From Anaerolineae bacterium (GTDB taxonomy: Bacteria; Chloroflexota; Anaerolineae; UBA1429): a stretch of 64,000 nucleotides of DNA. Made by a program: the position numbers and the translations under genes. This document shows, one piece after another, positions 1-9,637 of this stretch. The notes under the pieces are model-generated. The model did not search any database. It was not told the origin of the DNA and worked only from the letters and a program-made list of their open reading frames with translations. Position 1 is the stretch's first letter. Every line of letters begins with the position of its first letter. The stretch is from contig OY776562.1 in the NCBI GenBank assembly GCA_963675785.1, positions 2,208,001-2,272,000 of the forward strand, written 5' to 3'.

Positions 1-202
1 CGTAATCGGGTGCTTGCACCTGGGCCTGCTCGTAATAACGGAAATCGGTGGCCAAAAAGGCGCGATCCGGCGTGATAATCACCGTACCCGCCGAGCCCGT
101 GAATCCCGTCATGTAGCGACGGTTGGGGGCATACTCGACGAGTATGGCGTCCAGGCCCTCTTTGGTAAGAATGCTGACAAGCCGTTCCAATCTCTGATTC
201 AT
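1..202 (-). CDS. Xaa-Pro aminopeptidase (M24 family), N-terminal part; runs off the window edge
   Basis: Not in the ORF track. ATG at 202 overlaps the lipB stop (ATGA). Manual translation MNQRLERLVSILTKEGLDAILVEYAPNRRYMTGFTGSAGTVIITPDRALLATDFRYYEQA matches the creatinase/prolidase N-domain (NxxYxTGF, TDxRY). Confidence 0.85.
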   Translation of the reverse strand, partial: MNQRLERLVSILTKEGLDAILVEYAPNRRYMTGFTGSAGTVIITPDRAFLATDFRYYEQAQVQAPDY

Positions 203-942
203 GAACTGCTCCTATCTGATAACGCGGGCCTGATGCCCGATATGGCCTCTTGAAACTCGGGTTGAGCCAACGAAACCGGCATCAGCTCACCGTCAAACTG
301 CCGACAAAACTCCTGGGCGACGCGTTCGCGCACCTCATCCAATGAGGGCACATCAGCCATCTCCAGGTGCATACTGGTCACGCCACCATCGCGGATACCG
401 CAAGCCACAATATGCGCCCAGTGGGTCATATTTGTCTGCACGTTGAGCGCAAATCCGTGAAAACTCACCCCGCCACGGATGCGCGTGCCCAGGGCACAAA
501 TCTTGTTCTCGCCCACCCATACACCAATGACGCCCTGCCGACGATGCGTGGCAATGCCGTAGCTTGCCAGCACAGCCATAATGGTCTTTTCCAGCGCGTG
601 CATGTAATCGCTGGCCCCCAAATCGCGACCCGGCAAATGCACAATGGGATAGCCCACCAACTGGCCGGGGCCATGATAGGTTACGTCGCCGCCCCGCTCA
701 ATGCGCCTGACAATAATACCCTCGCGAGCCAGCTCGTCGGCGCTGCAAAGGATGTTGTTCTCCTCGGCACGGCGCCCCAGAGTAATCACTGGCTCGTGTT
801 CCAACAATATCAGTGTATCCTGAATGAGCTCAGCCCGGCGCAATTCCACTAACCGGTGCTGTAACACTTCGACTTTATCATAGGGCACCCGCCCCAGGTT
901 CAGCACCCAAATGGGCTCCCCCTGTGTATCCCCTCTGGCCAT
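199..942 (-). CDS. lipB: Lipoyl(octanoyl) transferase LipB
   Basis: Motifs LEHEPVITLG, RGGDVTYHGPGQLVGYP, KICALG, HGFALN and ACG. Confidence 0.95.
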   Translation of the reverse strand: MARGDTQGEPIWVLNLGRVPYDKVEVLQHRLVELRRAELIQDTLILLEHEPVITLGRRAEENNILCSADELAREGIIVRRIERGGDVTYHGPGQLVGYPIVHLPGRDLGASDYMHALEKTIMAVLASYGIATHRRQGVIGVWVGENKICALGTRIRGGVSFHGFALNVQTNMTHWAHIVACGIRDGGVTSMHLEMADVPSLDEVRERVAQEFCRQFDGELMPVSLAQPEFQEAISGIRPALSDRSSS

Positions 943-943
943 G

Positions 944-1885
944 TTAACGCGCTACCGCCAGTTGGCTACCGATAAAGCCGCGCTGCCCACAAACAAAGGC
1001 CTGCGCCTCCATTGCCCGCTTGCCTGCCATCTGCACGCGATCGAGTACCAGCAAGCCCTGGCCAGTAACCACAGCCACTTTTTTATTATACTGGATCACC
1101 GTCCCCGGTTTTTCTTCCACAATCGTCTCAACCACATGCGCCTGGAGTATCTTTAATCGGCGCTCATCACAGCCTGTATAGGCCTGCGGCCAGGGGGTAT
1201 AAGCGCGAACAGCCCGTTCGATCTCGACAGCAGATCGCGACCAATCGATGCAGCCATCCTCCGAATCGAGCATAGGCGCACTGGTAGCCAACGCATCCTC
1301 TTGCGGCACGGGGGTAATTTTGCCTGCCAGCCAATCGGGAAGCGTATCGATGACCAGTTCGGCACCCAAGTGGGCCAATCGCTCGGTCAATGTTTCCGTG
1401 GTATCCTCCGCCGCAATACGCAGAGAGCGGGCAGCAACAATATCCCCCGTATCCATACCGGCATCGGTGCGCATCAGGGTGACACCTGTCTCCGCATCGC
1501 CAGCAAGAATAGCTGCCGTAATGGGCGAAGCACCCCGCCAGCGCGGTAAAAGTGAGGCATGCACTCCCAGAATCCCATAAGGAGGAATATCCAGCACATT
1601 CTGGCGCAGAATCTGGCCAAAGGCGGCCAGCACGAACACATCAGCGCCCAGTTCAGCAAGGGTTTGAACCGATTCGGGTTCGCGACGCAGGCTCTTGGGC
1701 TGCATTATAGGAAGGCCCAACCGCCTGGCGGCCTTTTTGACCGGCGGGCTGGTTAGTGTAGTACGTCCGCGGCCTGCCGGACAGTCGGGCTGTGTCACCA
1801 CCGCCAGCACCTGATGATGTTCAGCCAGAGCTTCAAGCACGGGAACACCATACTCGGGGGTTCCCATAAACACCACTTTTGCCAT
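944..1885 (-). CDS. fmt: Methionyl-tRNA formyltransferase
   Basis: MAKVVFMGTP, VTQPD, HASLLPRWRGASP, MDTGD. Start moved from 2038 to the ATG at 1885 (1888 possible) behind a GGAGG RBS. Confidence 0.95.
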   Translation of the reverse strand: MAKVVFMGTPEYGVPVLEALAEHHQVLAVVTQPDCPAGRGRTTLTSPPVKKAARRLGLPIMQPKSLRREPESVQTLAELGADVFVLAAFGQILRQNVLDIPPYGILGVHASLLPRWRGASPITAAILAGDAETGVTLMRTDAGMDTGDIVAARSLRIAAEDTTETLTERLAHLGAELVIDTLPDWLAGKITPVPQEDALATSAPMLDSEDGCIDWSRSAVEIERAVRAYTPWPQAYTGCDERRLKILQAHVVETIVEEKPGTVIQYNKKVAVVTGQGLLVLDRVQMAGKRAMEAQAFVCGQRGFIGSQLAVAR

Positions 1886-2037
1886 CATCTGCCCTCCTTC
1901 CGCAGCGATTCTAGCACAGCCGCAACAGTGCCGCAAAGCCCGCATCCCTTTGCGCAACCTTGCTGCCCGCAATACGTAAAGATAAATAAGGGAACCGAAA
2001 CACGGCCCAATTGCAAACTTTTTTGAGGAGAGAAACA

Positions 2038-2454
2038 ATGTCTGACATGCCTAATGAACCATTCCAAATCGACGAGGAACCCAAATTGGGGGATACTACG
2101 CCGAGTCAGAATGACAAGGCACTCGCCGGCTGCGCATACATCAGCCAGTTCGTCATCCCCGCTGTGCTGCCTGTCGTCCTGTTGCTTACCGATGAGGCCA
2201 AGCGCAGCAGTTTCATCAAGTATCATGCGGTGATGAGTCTTGGGCTTACCGCCGCCGCGGTAGTTTATGAAATCGTCGCTGGCATCGTCTTCGCCATCAC
2301 GGCCGCCATTATCCCTTGCATCGCTGCTATCACTTGGGTTTTGTTCCTTCTACCCATTGTGCCCATGGTTTACTATGGCATCAAGGCCTTCCAGGGCGAG
2401 ATATTCGATATCCCCTACTTGACTGATTTCTGCCGTAAAAACGGCTGGGTCTAA
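2038..2454 (+). CDS. DUF4870-like membrane protein
   Basis: GAGGAG RBS before ATG 2038; three hydrophobic segments; FIKYHA..S motif and a C-terminal KAFQGE.F.IP typical of the DUF4870/Tic20-like family. Confidence 0.7.
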   Translation: MSDMPNEPFQIDEEPKLGDTTPSQNDKALAGCAYISQFVIPAVLPVVLLLTDEAKRSSFIKYHAVMSLGLTAAAVVYEIVAGIVFAITAAIIPCIAAITWVLFLLPIVPMVYYGIKAFQGEIFDIPYLTDFCRKNGWV

Positions 2455-2464
2455 CCCCCACTTG

Positions 2465-2492
2465 AGCCCCCGGACAAAACCCGGGGGCTTTT
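2465..2492 (+). terminator. Intrinsic terminator
   Basis: AGCCCCCGG-loop-CCGGGGGCT followed by TTT, just after the stop codon. Confidence 0.7.
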
Positions 2493-2494
2493 CC

Positions 2495-2522
2495 TTGCCC
2501 GTTACACCATCCCCGCTATAAT
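2495..2522 (+). promoter_or_regulatory. Putative sigma70-type promoter of recJ
   Basis: TTGCCC-16 nt-TATAAT, 27 nt before the GTG start. Confidence 0.55.
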
Positions 2523-2549
2523 CAACCCACAGACTGATGGGAGTGTAAC

Positions 2550-4256
2550 GTGGCTGAACAAGAACGTTGGATCCTGGCCCGCTCGGCACCCGCCGTGGTG
2601 CAGCAAATGTCCCAGTATTACGACCCCCTGCTGGCTCGCGTGCTAGTTTCTCGCAAACTCGATACCCCCGACAAGGCTCAAGCCTTTCTGCACCCCATCG
2701 CAGAACTCGCTGATCCCTTTTTGTACAAGGGCATGCGCCAAGCTGTTGATCGAATCCTTCAGGCCATTGCTGATCAAGAAACCATTGTCATCTATGGCGA
2801 TTTTGACACTGATGGCGTGACTTCAACCTGTGTCATGGTCACAGCGCTGGAGCAACTCGGCGCCCGGGTCAGCAGCCATATCCCCAATCGCTTTGATGAA
2901 GGTTACGGCCTCAACACCGATTCGCTCAAATCCTTGCAAGAACAGGGCGCTGACCTGATTGTCACTGTGGACTGCGGCGTTCGTGCCGTGGCAGAAGCCG
3001 CCTATGCCCACGAGATCGGCCTCGATATGGTCATTACCGACCACCACTCGGTACCCGAAATCCTGCCTCAAGCTGTAGCCGTCGTCGATGCCAAACAGTC
3101 TGATTGCACTTACCCTTTCAAAGAGCACGCTGGCGTGGGTGTTGCCTACAGCACAGCGCGCGCCCTGTATGCCGCCTGGAACGCTCTCCATCCGCAAGAT
3201 GCGCCGCTTGATGCCAGCGAGCTTCTCGACTTGGCGGCAGTAGGTACAGTGGCCGACATGGTGCCGCTGGGCGGAGAGAATCGCATCATGGTGCAACAGG
3301 GTCTCAAACGCATCGCCGAGAGGCCGCGCCCGGGAATCGCCGCGCTCATTCAGGTATCAGGATCCAAGCCAACCGATATCGACGCTTCTACCATCGCCTT
3401 TCGGTTGGCGCCACGCCTGAACGCTATGGGACGGCTAGAACATGCTGACACCTCGTTTGACCTACTGCGTGCGAAAACCCCTGAAGAAGCCTCTGAGCTA
3501 GCCAATCAGCTCGACGAGACCAACAGACAACGCCAAGATATGCTCTCTGAGCAAGTCAATACTGCTGAAAAACTGGTCGATCCCCTGACGGATCAACTAT
3601 TCTTTGCCTTTGATGAGAACTTTCATGAGGGCATCGTAGGCTTGGTAGCCAGCAGGCTGATGAACCACTATTATCGCCCCGCCCTGGTGATGCGCCGCGG
3701 AGAGAGCGAAACCACGGGGTCTGCTCGTAGCGTCGAGGGCTTTCACATCACCCAGGCATTGGAATACTGCGCCGACCTGCTGGTGCGTTTTGGCGGGCAC
3801 GCCCAAGCCGCCGGATTTACGCTGGAAAACGGCAATATCGAGGTCTTTCGCCAACGACTATTAGCCTATGCCGACGAACACTTGACCGAAGAAATGCTCC
3901 AGCCGCGCATTCTGGTTGATGCCATCGTCGATCTGCCCGAACTCAACGAACGTTCGGTGGCCGCTCTTACCGAATTGGAACCCTGCGGCACTGGCAACCT
4001 ACCCCCCGTTTTTGCCAGTCGCGGCGTACGCGTCGAATTTGCTCGCTGCGTGGGCGCGGATGGACGCCATCTGCAAATGCAGCTCTCGCAAAACAATGGT
4101 GCCCGGCTCAAAGCCATTGCTTTTGGCCTGGGTGAACTCGAAGGCCGCCCCAATCAGGGGGACCTCATCGATATTGTCTATACGCCGCGCATCAATCACT
4201 GGAACGGCAACACCAGTGTCGATCTGGAAATCCAGACCTGGCGGCCTACACAATAG
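2550..4256 (+). CDS. recJ: ssDNA exonuclease RecJ
   Basis: YGDFDTDG, TVDCG, TDHH (DHH), GTVADMVPL, PRLNAMGR and GGHAQAAG motifs, plus an OB-fold C-terminus. Confidence 0.97.
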   Translation: MAEQERWILARSAPAVVQQMSQYYDPLLARVLVSRKLDTPDKAQAFLHPIAELADPFLYKGMRQAVDRILQAIADQETIVIYGDFDTDGVTSTCVMVTALEQLGARVSSHIPNRFDEGYGLNTDSLKSLQEQGADLIVTVDCGVRAVAEAAYAHEIGLDMVITDHHSVPEILPQAVAVVDAKQSDCTYPFKEHAGVGVAYSTARALYAAWNALHPQDAPLDASELLDLAAVGTVADMVPLGGENRIMVQQGLKRIAERPRPGIAALIQVSGSKPTDIDASTIAFRLAPRLNAMGRLEHADTSFDLLRAKTPEEASELANQLDETNRQRQDMLSEQVNTAEKLVDPLTDQLFFAFDENFHEGIVGLVASRLMNHYYRPALVMRRGESETTGSARSVEGFHITQALEYCADLLVRFGGHAQAAGFTLENGNIEVFRQRLLAYADEHLTEEMLQPRILVDAIVDLPELNERSVAALTELEPCGTGNLPPVFASRGVRVEFARCVGADGRHLQMQLSQNNGARLKAIAFGLGELEGRPNQGDLIDIVYTPRINHWNGNTSVDLEIQTWRPTQ

Positions 4257-4307
4257 CCCTACGTGCACTTCACCCAAATGGAACTGTGCAACTCCCCCAT
4301 ATGGAGG

Positions 4308-4336
4308 ATGACACCCTTTTCAATCCATGATATTCT
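4308..4336 (+). promoter_or_regulatory. Putative promoter of the glutamate synthase operon
   Basis: ATGACA-17 nt-TATTCT with an extended -10 TG (TGaTATTCT). Predicted start ~4343, at the first leader hairpin. Confidence 0.6.
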
Positions 4337-4343
4337 ATCCATA

Positions 4344-4405
4344 GTGCAGCGTAGCATAATATTGACTGGCATTGGCGCCGCCCGACAGGTTCGGGCGGTG
4401 TTTTT
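4344..4405 (+). promoter_or_regulatory. ANTAR-type dual-hairpin motif overlapping an intrinsic terminator (attenuator)
   Basis: P1 GTGC-AGCGTA-GCAT and P2 GGC-ATTGGC-GCC both have hexaloops with A1 and G4. The P2 3' arm overlaps the terminator CGCCGCCCGA-CAGGT-TCGGGCGGTG-TTTTT, which lies upstream of the RBS. Confidence 0.75.
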
Positions 4406-4422
4406 CGTATTAAGGGAGGAAC

Positions 4423-5934
4423 ATGGCCCTTTCACTGGCTACCTCTACATTTGTTATCGATCGCGATCCCAATCGTTGTATCTCGTGCCAGGTGTGCGTC
4501 CGCCAGTGTGCCAACGACGTGCATTATTATGTCGAGTCAGAGGACGCTGTGAAGAGCCGCGAACAGAACTGCGTGGGCTGTCATCGTTGTGTCACCCTCT
4601 GCCCGACCCATGCGCTAACCATCCGCGAGAATCCCCTCGATTTTCGCCCACACGCCAACTGGTCCGCTGATGTCCTCAAGAACATCTACAAGCAAGCACA
4701 GACCGGCGGCATGTTGCTGTCTGGTATGGGTTGCGATCAGCCTTATCCCATCTACTGGGATCATATGCTCATCAATGCTTCGCAGGTCACCAACCCCTCC
4801 ATTGACCCTCTACGTGAACCAATGGAACTGCGCACCTACCTGGGGCGTAAAACGGATCAAATAGCTCTGAATGCCGATGGCAATATCGATCTTTCCGTTC
4901 AGCCCTCGCCGCAGCTCCAGCTCGAAGTGCCCATCATGTTCTCTGCCATGTCCTACGGTTCGATTAGTTTTAATGCCTGCCTGTCACTCGCCCGCGCCGC
5001 CAGCGAGATCGGCACCTACTGGAATACCGGAGAGGGCGGCTTGCACCCCGAACTCTACCAGTTCGGCGAACACACCATCGCCCAGGTGGCCTCGGGGCGT
5101 TTCGGCGTCCATTTGGATTACTTGAATGCTGCGGCTGCCATCGAAATCAAAATCGGCCAGGGCGCCAAGCCCGGCATCGGCGGGCACTTGCCCGGCGAAA
5201 AAGTTTCGGCCGAGATTTCGCGCACCCGTATGATTCCAGAAGGCACGGATGCTATCTCGCCCGCACCGCACCACGATATCTATTCCATTGAGGACCTGCG
5301 CCAGCTCATTTTTGCCCTCAAAGAAGCCACCCATTACGAAAAGCCGGTCAGTGTCAAAGTAGCGGCTGTGCACAATATCGCCCCCATCGCCAGTGGCATC
5401 GTGCGGGCCGGCGCCGATATCGTCGCCATTGACGGGCTAAGGGGCGGCACCGGCGCAGCACCGACTGTGGTTCGCAATAACGTGGGCATCCCCATTGAAA
5501 TGGCCCTGGCGGCTGTAGACCAGCGCCTACGCGAAGAAGGTATCCGCAACCGCGCCTCTATCGTGGTGGGCGGCAGCGTACGCAGTAGCGCCGATGTGGT
5601 CAAAGCCATTGCCCTGGGCGCCGATGCCGTCTATATCGCCACCAGCGCCGTAGTTGCCATGGGCTGCCACCTTTGCCAGCACTGCTACACCGGCAAATGC
5701 AACTGGGGTATTGCCACACAAGACCCCTACCTGACCAAGAGACTCAATCCCAACATCGGGGCCCAGCGCGTCAAGAATCTGCTGCGCGCCTGGTCATTAG
5801 AGATCAAAGAAATGATGGGCGGTATGGGCGTCAACTCGATCGAAAGCCTGCGCGGAAACCGTGACCATCTGCGAGGCGTCGGCCTCAACCAGGTCGAGCT
5901 GGACACCCTGGGCATCAAGGCCGTCGGGCAGTAG
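4423..5934 (+). CDS. Glutamate synthase FMN-binding subunit with N-terminal 2x[4Fe-4S] domain (split/archaeal type)
   Basis: Two CxxCxxCxxxC motifs; MSYGS, NTGEGG, QVASGRFGV, EIKIGQGAKPGIGGHLPGEKV, SPAPHHDIYSIEDL; Cys cluster GCHLCQHCYTGKC. Confidence 0.93.
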   Translation: MALSLATSTFVIDRDPNRCISCQVCVRQCANDVHYYVESEDAVKSREQNCVGCHRCVTLCPTHALTIRENPLDFRPHANWSADVLKNIYKQAQTGGMLLSGMGCDQPYPIYWDHMLINASQVTNPSIDPLREPMELRTYLGRKTDQIALNADGNIDLSVQPSPQLQLEVPIMFSAMSYGSISFNACLSLARAASEIGTYWNTGEGGLHPELYQFGEHTIAQVASGRFGVHLDYLNAAAAIEIKIGQGAKPGIGGHLPGEKVSAEISRTRMIPEGTDAISPAPHHDIYSIEDLRQLIFALKEATHYEKPVSVKVAAVHNIAPIASGIVRAGADIVAIDGLRGGTGAAPTVVRNNVGIPIEMALAAVDQRLREEGIRNRASIVVGGSVRSSADVVKAIALGADAVYIATSAVVAMGCHLCQHCYTGKCNWGIATQDPYLTKRLNPNIGAQRVKNLLRAWSLEIKEMMGGMGVNSIESLRGNRDHLRGVGLNQVELDTLGIKAVGQ

Positions 5935-5946
5935 GAGAAACCCCAG

Positions 5947-6387
5947 ATGAAAAGAATTGTCATCCATGAAGAATACTGCATCGGCTGCCGGCTCTGCGAG
6001 GTGCACTGCCTGGTGCAGCACTCGGAATCTCATGACATCATCCGTGCCTTTCGCACTGAACGCAACAGCATCATGCCACGGCTGACGATCGAAGAAAGCG
6101 GGCCTGTATCCTTTGCCTTACAGTGCCGCCAGTGTGAAGAACCAGCTTGCCTCGAAGCCTGCATCTCTGGCGCCATGCATCGCGATCCCGAAACCGGAGC
6201 TGTGATGTGTGACGAGAGCCGTTGCGTAGGCTGCTGGATGTGCATCATGGTTTGTCCCACAGGGGCCATCCAGCAAAATCTGCTGGGCAACCGCATAGCC
6301 AGCAAGTGCGATCTGTGCTATGGCGCAGATATGCCGGCCTGCGTGGCCAATTGCCCCAATGAAGCGCTCACTTACGAGGAAATATAA
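5947..6387 (+). CDS. 4Fe-4S dicluster electron-transfer protein (CooF/DmsB-like)
   Basis: Four Cys clusters: CIGCRLCEVHC, CRQCEEPAC, CVGCWMCIMVCP, KCDLC...CVANCP. Confidence 0.9.
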   Translation: MKRIVIHEEYCIGCRLCEVHCLVQHSESHDIIRAFRTERNSIMPRLTIEESGPVSFALQCRQCEEPACLEACISGAMHRDPETGAVMCDESRCVGCWMCIMVCPTGAIQQNLLGNRIASKCDLCYGADMPACVANCPNEALTYEEI

Positions 6388-6401
6388 CCAGGAGGAAACC
6401 T

Positions 6402-7682
6402 GTGCGAATTGTCATCGTTGGCAACTCGGCAACTGCTGTGGGCGCCGTTGAAACCATTCGGCAGCACGATCAGGCCAGTACTATCACCATCGTCTCCGAA
6501 GAACCCCACGGCATCTATTCCCGCCCCATGCTTGACCATTATCTGGGCGGTGAAATCGACGCGGCACGGCTCAATTACCGGCCATCCGACTTTTACGTAA
6601 CTCACAACGTGCAGCCGCTTCTCGCGGATCGCGTATCATCCATCAATCCTGAGGCTCATACGGTAAATACCGAATCTGGCCAGGTACTGTCCTACGACAA
6701 ACTCTTGCTGGCCACCGGCGGTCAACCCATCGTGCCGCCGATGAACGGCCTGGATACCGGCGGAGTCTTTAGCTTTACTCGGCTCGATGACGCTCGCGCC
6801 ATCGAACAAGCCTTCAGCGAGCGTAGCGTCCAAAACGCCATCGTTGTGGGCGGCGGCATGATCGGCATGAAGGTCACTGACGCACTCTGCCATCGCGGCC
6901 TCAAGGTAACCCTCGCTGAACTGGCCCCGCGCATCCTCAGCGCAGCCATGGATGAAATCGGCGCCAGCATCATGACCGAGGTACTGCTCAATGGCGGCGT
7001 CGAGGTACTCACCGGTAATACTGTCAGTGAAATTCACAGTGAAGATGGCTGGATCAGCAGTGTCACCATGAAGGACGGCTCTGAAAAAGCTTGTGACCTA
7101 CTCGTATTCGGCATCGGCGTTCGCCCCAATGCTGGCCTGGCCCGCGATGCTGGCATTGAGGTTAACCGCGGCATCGTCGTCGATCGTTACATGTGCACAT
7201 CAGCACCTGATGTCTATGCCGCCGGTGATGTGGCTGAAGCCTATGACCTAGTGGTGGACATGAACCGCACCGTAGCCATCTGGCCCAACGCCTACCGACA
7301 GGGAGCCATTGCTGGCGCTCATATGGTGGGCATTGAAGAGCCCGACCAAGGTGGCGTCGCTATGAACGCAGTGCAGGCCTTTGGCATTCCGGCCATGGCC
7401 ATTGGCAACGGCAACGTCGAACAAGAAGGCTATTCCATCCTTGCCGATGAAAACAAGCGCAACCATCGCTACAAGAAACTCGTGTTCGATGAAAAGAATC
7501 ATCTGGTCGGTGCTATTTTGGTCGGTGATATCAACCGAGCTGGCATCTATACTGGCTTGATCCGCGCCAAACTGGATCTCTCCGAGTGCAAAGATAGCCT
7601 GCTCAGTGATCATTTCGGGCTGCTCTCACTGCCGGGGTCTTATCGCAAACACGTCGTTCGCGGCCTGGGCATAGAAGTCTAA
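6402..7682 (+). CDS. NAD(P)/FAD-dependent oxidoreductase (NirB/rubredoxin reductase-like); likely electron-input subunit of the split GOGAT
   Basis: YDKLLLATG, VVGGGMIG, GVRPN and TSAPDVYAAGD motifs; GTG start with GGAGG RBS. Confidence 0.85.
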   Translation: MRIVIVGNSATAVGAVETIRQHDQASTITIVSEEPHGIYSRPMLDHYLGGEIDAARLNYRPSDFYVTHNVQPLLADRVSSINPEAHTVNTESGQVLSYDKLLLATGGQPIVPPMNGLDTGGVFSFTRLDDARAIEQAFSERSVQNAIVVGGGMIGMKVTDALCHRGLKVTLAELAPRILSAAMDEIGASIMTEVLLNGGVEVLTGNTVSEIHSEDGWISSVTMKDGSEKACDLLVFGIGVRPNAGLARDAGIEVNRGIVVDRYMCTSAPDVYAAGDVAEAYDLVVDMNRTVAIWPNAYRQGAIAGAHMVGIEEPDQGGVAMNAVQAFGIPAMAIGNGNVEQEGYSILADENKRNHRYKKLVFDEKNHLVGAILVGDINRAGIYTGLIRAKLDLSECKDSLLSDHFGLLSLPGSYRKHVVRGLGIEV

Positions 7683-7693
7683 AGGGGAATGCC

Positions 7694-8854
7694 ATGAGTT
7701 GGTTGATGCAAGAAAACGCCTATGGCGACGATAAAGTATTCGATGCCTGCGGCCTGATCGGTTTCATCGATACCGACGGTAAGCCCCATGGTGGAGACGG
7801 CATTGTGGCCGGTTTGGTAGCCATGAAGGAACGCGGCAACGGCCTGGGTGCAGGTTATGCCGTATATGGCCTCTATCCCGAATTCGAGAGCCATTATGCT
7901 TTTCACGTCATGTGCAAAAGCGAAAATGCCCGCCAAAAACTCGATGTCTACCTGCGTAGCCATTTTGCCGTAGTCCACGACGAACCCATCCCCACCCGCT
8001 TTGTACAGGATATCCTCGATCCGCCCGTGGTATGGCGCTATTTCATGCTACCGCATCGCGCTGAACTGGGGGGGCGCGAAGAAGAGGACTATATCGTCCA
8101 CCAGGTGATGCTCATTCACAGCACTATTCCGGACGTGTTTGTTGTCTCTTGCGGCAAAAACATGGGCGTGTTCAAAGGTGTCGGCCATCCAGAGCAGATT
8201 GCCGAGTTTTACCGCATCGAAGATTACAGTGGTTACATGTGGACTTCGCACAACCGCTTTCCCACCAACACCCCAGGCTGGTGGGGTGGTGCTCATCCCT
8301 TTGGCTTGCTGGACTGGACGGTGGTGCACAATGGCGAGATCAGTTCCTATGGCATCAACCGACGCTATACCGAGATGTACGGCTATCGCTGCGACATGCG
8401 CACTGATACCGAAGTGATCACATATGCAGCCGATTTGCTTATGCGTCGGCACAAGCTGCCCATGGAGCTGGCCGCGCGCGTGTTTGCTGCCCCTCTCTGG
8501 CAAGAGATCGAACACGTCTCTGATGACGATAAAAAGCTCTACACCGCCCTTCGGCAGACCTATGGGCCGCTTTTGCTCAACGGCCCCTTTACCATCATTG
8601 TGGCTCGCAACGGCGAAATGATGGGCCTCTCGGATCGCGTTCGTCTGCGCCCCATGGTCGCGGCCAGCAGCGGCAGTATTCTGTATGTCTCTTCCGAGCT
8701 GGCAGCTATTCACGTCATCAATCCCAATCTCGATAACGTCTGGATTCCAGAAGGCGGCGAACCGGTTATCGGCCGGTTGGGTATAGCCCCTGCCCCTTCA
8801 AAACCCCTTTCGCTGCAAAGAAAGCCTGCTCAAAAGGAGTTGGCGCATGTCTGA
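7694..8854 (+). CDS. Class II (Ntn) glutamine amidotransferase subunit of the split glutamate synthase
   Basis: DACG after an 18-aa propeptide, ERGNGLGAG, HNRFPTNT, AHPF, VHNGEI, TDTE, LNGPF, DRVRLRP. Confidence 0.9.
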   Translation: MSWLMQENAYGDDKVFDACGLIGFIDTDGKPHGGDGIVAGLVAMKERGNGLGAGYAVYGLYPEFESHYAFHVMCKSENARQKLDVYLRSHFAVVHDEPIPTRFVQDILDPPVVWRYFMLPHRAELGGREEEDYIVHQVMLIHSTIPDVFVVSCGKNMGVFKGVGHPEQIAEFYRIEDYSGYMWTSHNRFPTNTPGWWGGAHPFGLLDWTVVHNGEISSYGINRRYTEMYGYRCDMRTDTEVITYAADLLMRRHKLPMELAARVFAAPLWQEIEHVSDDDKKLYTALRQTYGPLLLNGPFTIIVARNGEMMGLSDRVRLRPMVAASSGSILYVSSELAAIHVINPNLDNVWIPEGGEPVIGRLGIAPAPSKPLSLQRKPAQKELAHV

Positions 8855-9626
8855 GATGCTAAACGTGCAAGAATGCGTTGTTTCGGATACAATTGCCGTC
8901 GATGTTGGCAGTACATATTATCGTGAGCTTAACAACCGGCTGTACGAACTCGTCCAGCAAGGGTACAAACGCTTTCAATTGCAGAATGTACTCGGCCAGC
9001 GCTACCTGGGCACCAGCCTGCAAAAGGCCATCGACATGGACATCCATGGCGTGCCCGGCAACGATCTGGGTGCCTTTATGGACGGCCCACGAATCAATGT
9101 GCTAGGAAACGCGCAAGATGGCTGTGGTAACACCATGAACAGCGGCAGTATCGTCATCCACGGTCATGCGGGTGATGTACTCGGCCTTTCCATGCGTGGC
9201 GGCGAGATCTTTGTGCAGGGAAATGTGGGTTATCGTGTGGGTATTCACATGAAGGAATACGGCGATACACGACCGCTCATTGTCATTGGCGGCACCGCCC
9301 AGCATTTTTTGGGTGAATACATGGCCGGTGGTACGCTGGTAGTATTCGGCATGAATCTTGAGGCCGACCAGCCTCATCCTTCACGCTATGTGGGCACTGG
9401 CATGCACGGTGGAGCCATTTACTTGCGGGGAGAGATCGACGATACCTTCCTTGGCAAAGAAGTGGGCATTGTCCCCCTGAATGAGGCAGATACGGCTCTC
9501 ATCAGGCAATGCGCAGCCAGGTATGCCAACTATTTTGATGCAGATTTGAACGAGATTCTGGATCGACCTTTTATCAAACTGGTACCCCTAACTAAACGCC
9601 CTTACGGGCAACTCTATGCCTATTGA
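8847..9626 (+). CDS. Glutamate synthase GXGXG (GltB domain 3 / FwdC-like) subunit
   Basis: Repeated G-x-x-M-x-G-G beta-helix motifs (GNDLGAFMDG, GNTMNSG, GLSMRGG, GEYMAGG, GTGMHGG). Confidence 0.9.
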   Translation: MSEMLNVQECVVSDTIAVDVGSTYYRELNNRLYELVQQGYKRFQLQNVLGQRYLGTSLQKAIDMDIHGVPGNDLGAFMDGPRINVLGNAQDGCGNTMNSGSIVIHGHAGDVLGLSMRGGEIFVQGNVGYRVGIHMKEYGDTRPLIVIGGTAQHFLGEYMAGGTLVVFGMNLEADQPHPSRYVGTGMHGGAIYLRGEIDDTFLGKEVGIVPLNEADTALIRQCAARYANYFDADLNEILDRPFIKLVPLTKRPYGQLYAY

Positions 9627-9637
9627 CGAGGTGATAT

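Noticed and set aside
1886-2038. Extended N-termini given by the ORF track for fmt (also ddl, murC, murG, infA, the amidase, coaE, MFS)
   Set aside because: Downstream starts have RBSs or stop/start overlaps and match the family N-termini.
4423-9626. Possible N-methylglutamate synthase (mgsABC) with glnA as gmaS
   Set aside because: The FMN subunit has ferredoxin domains and Fe-S/FAD partners typical of split GOGAT, the GS has canonical GSI motifs, and no mgd/sox-like genes are nearby.
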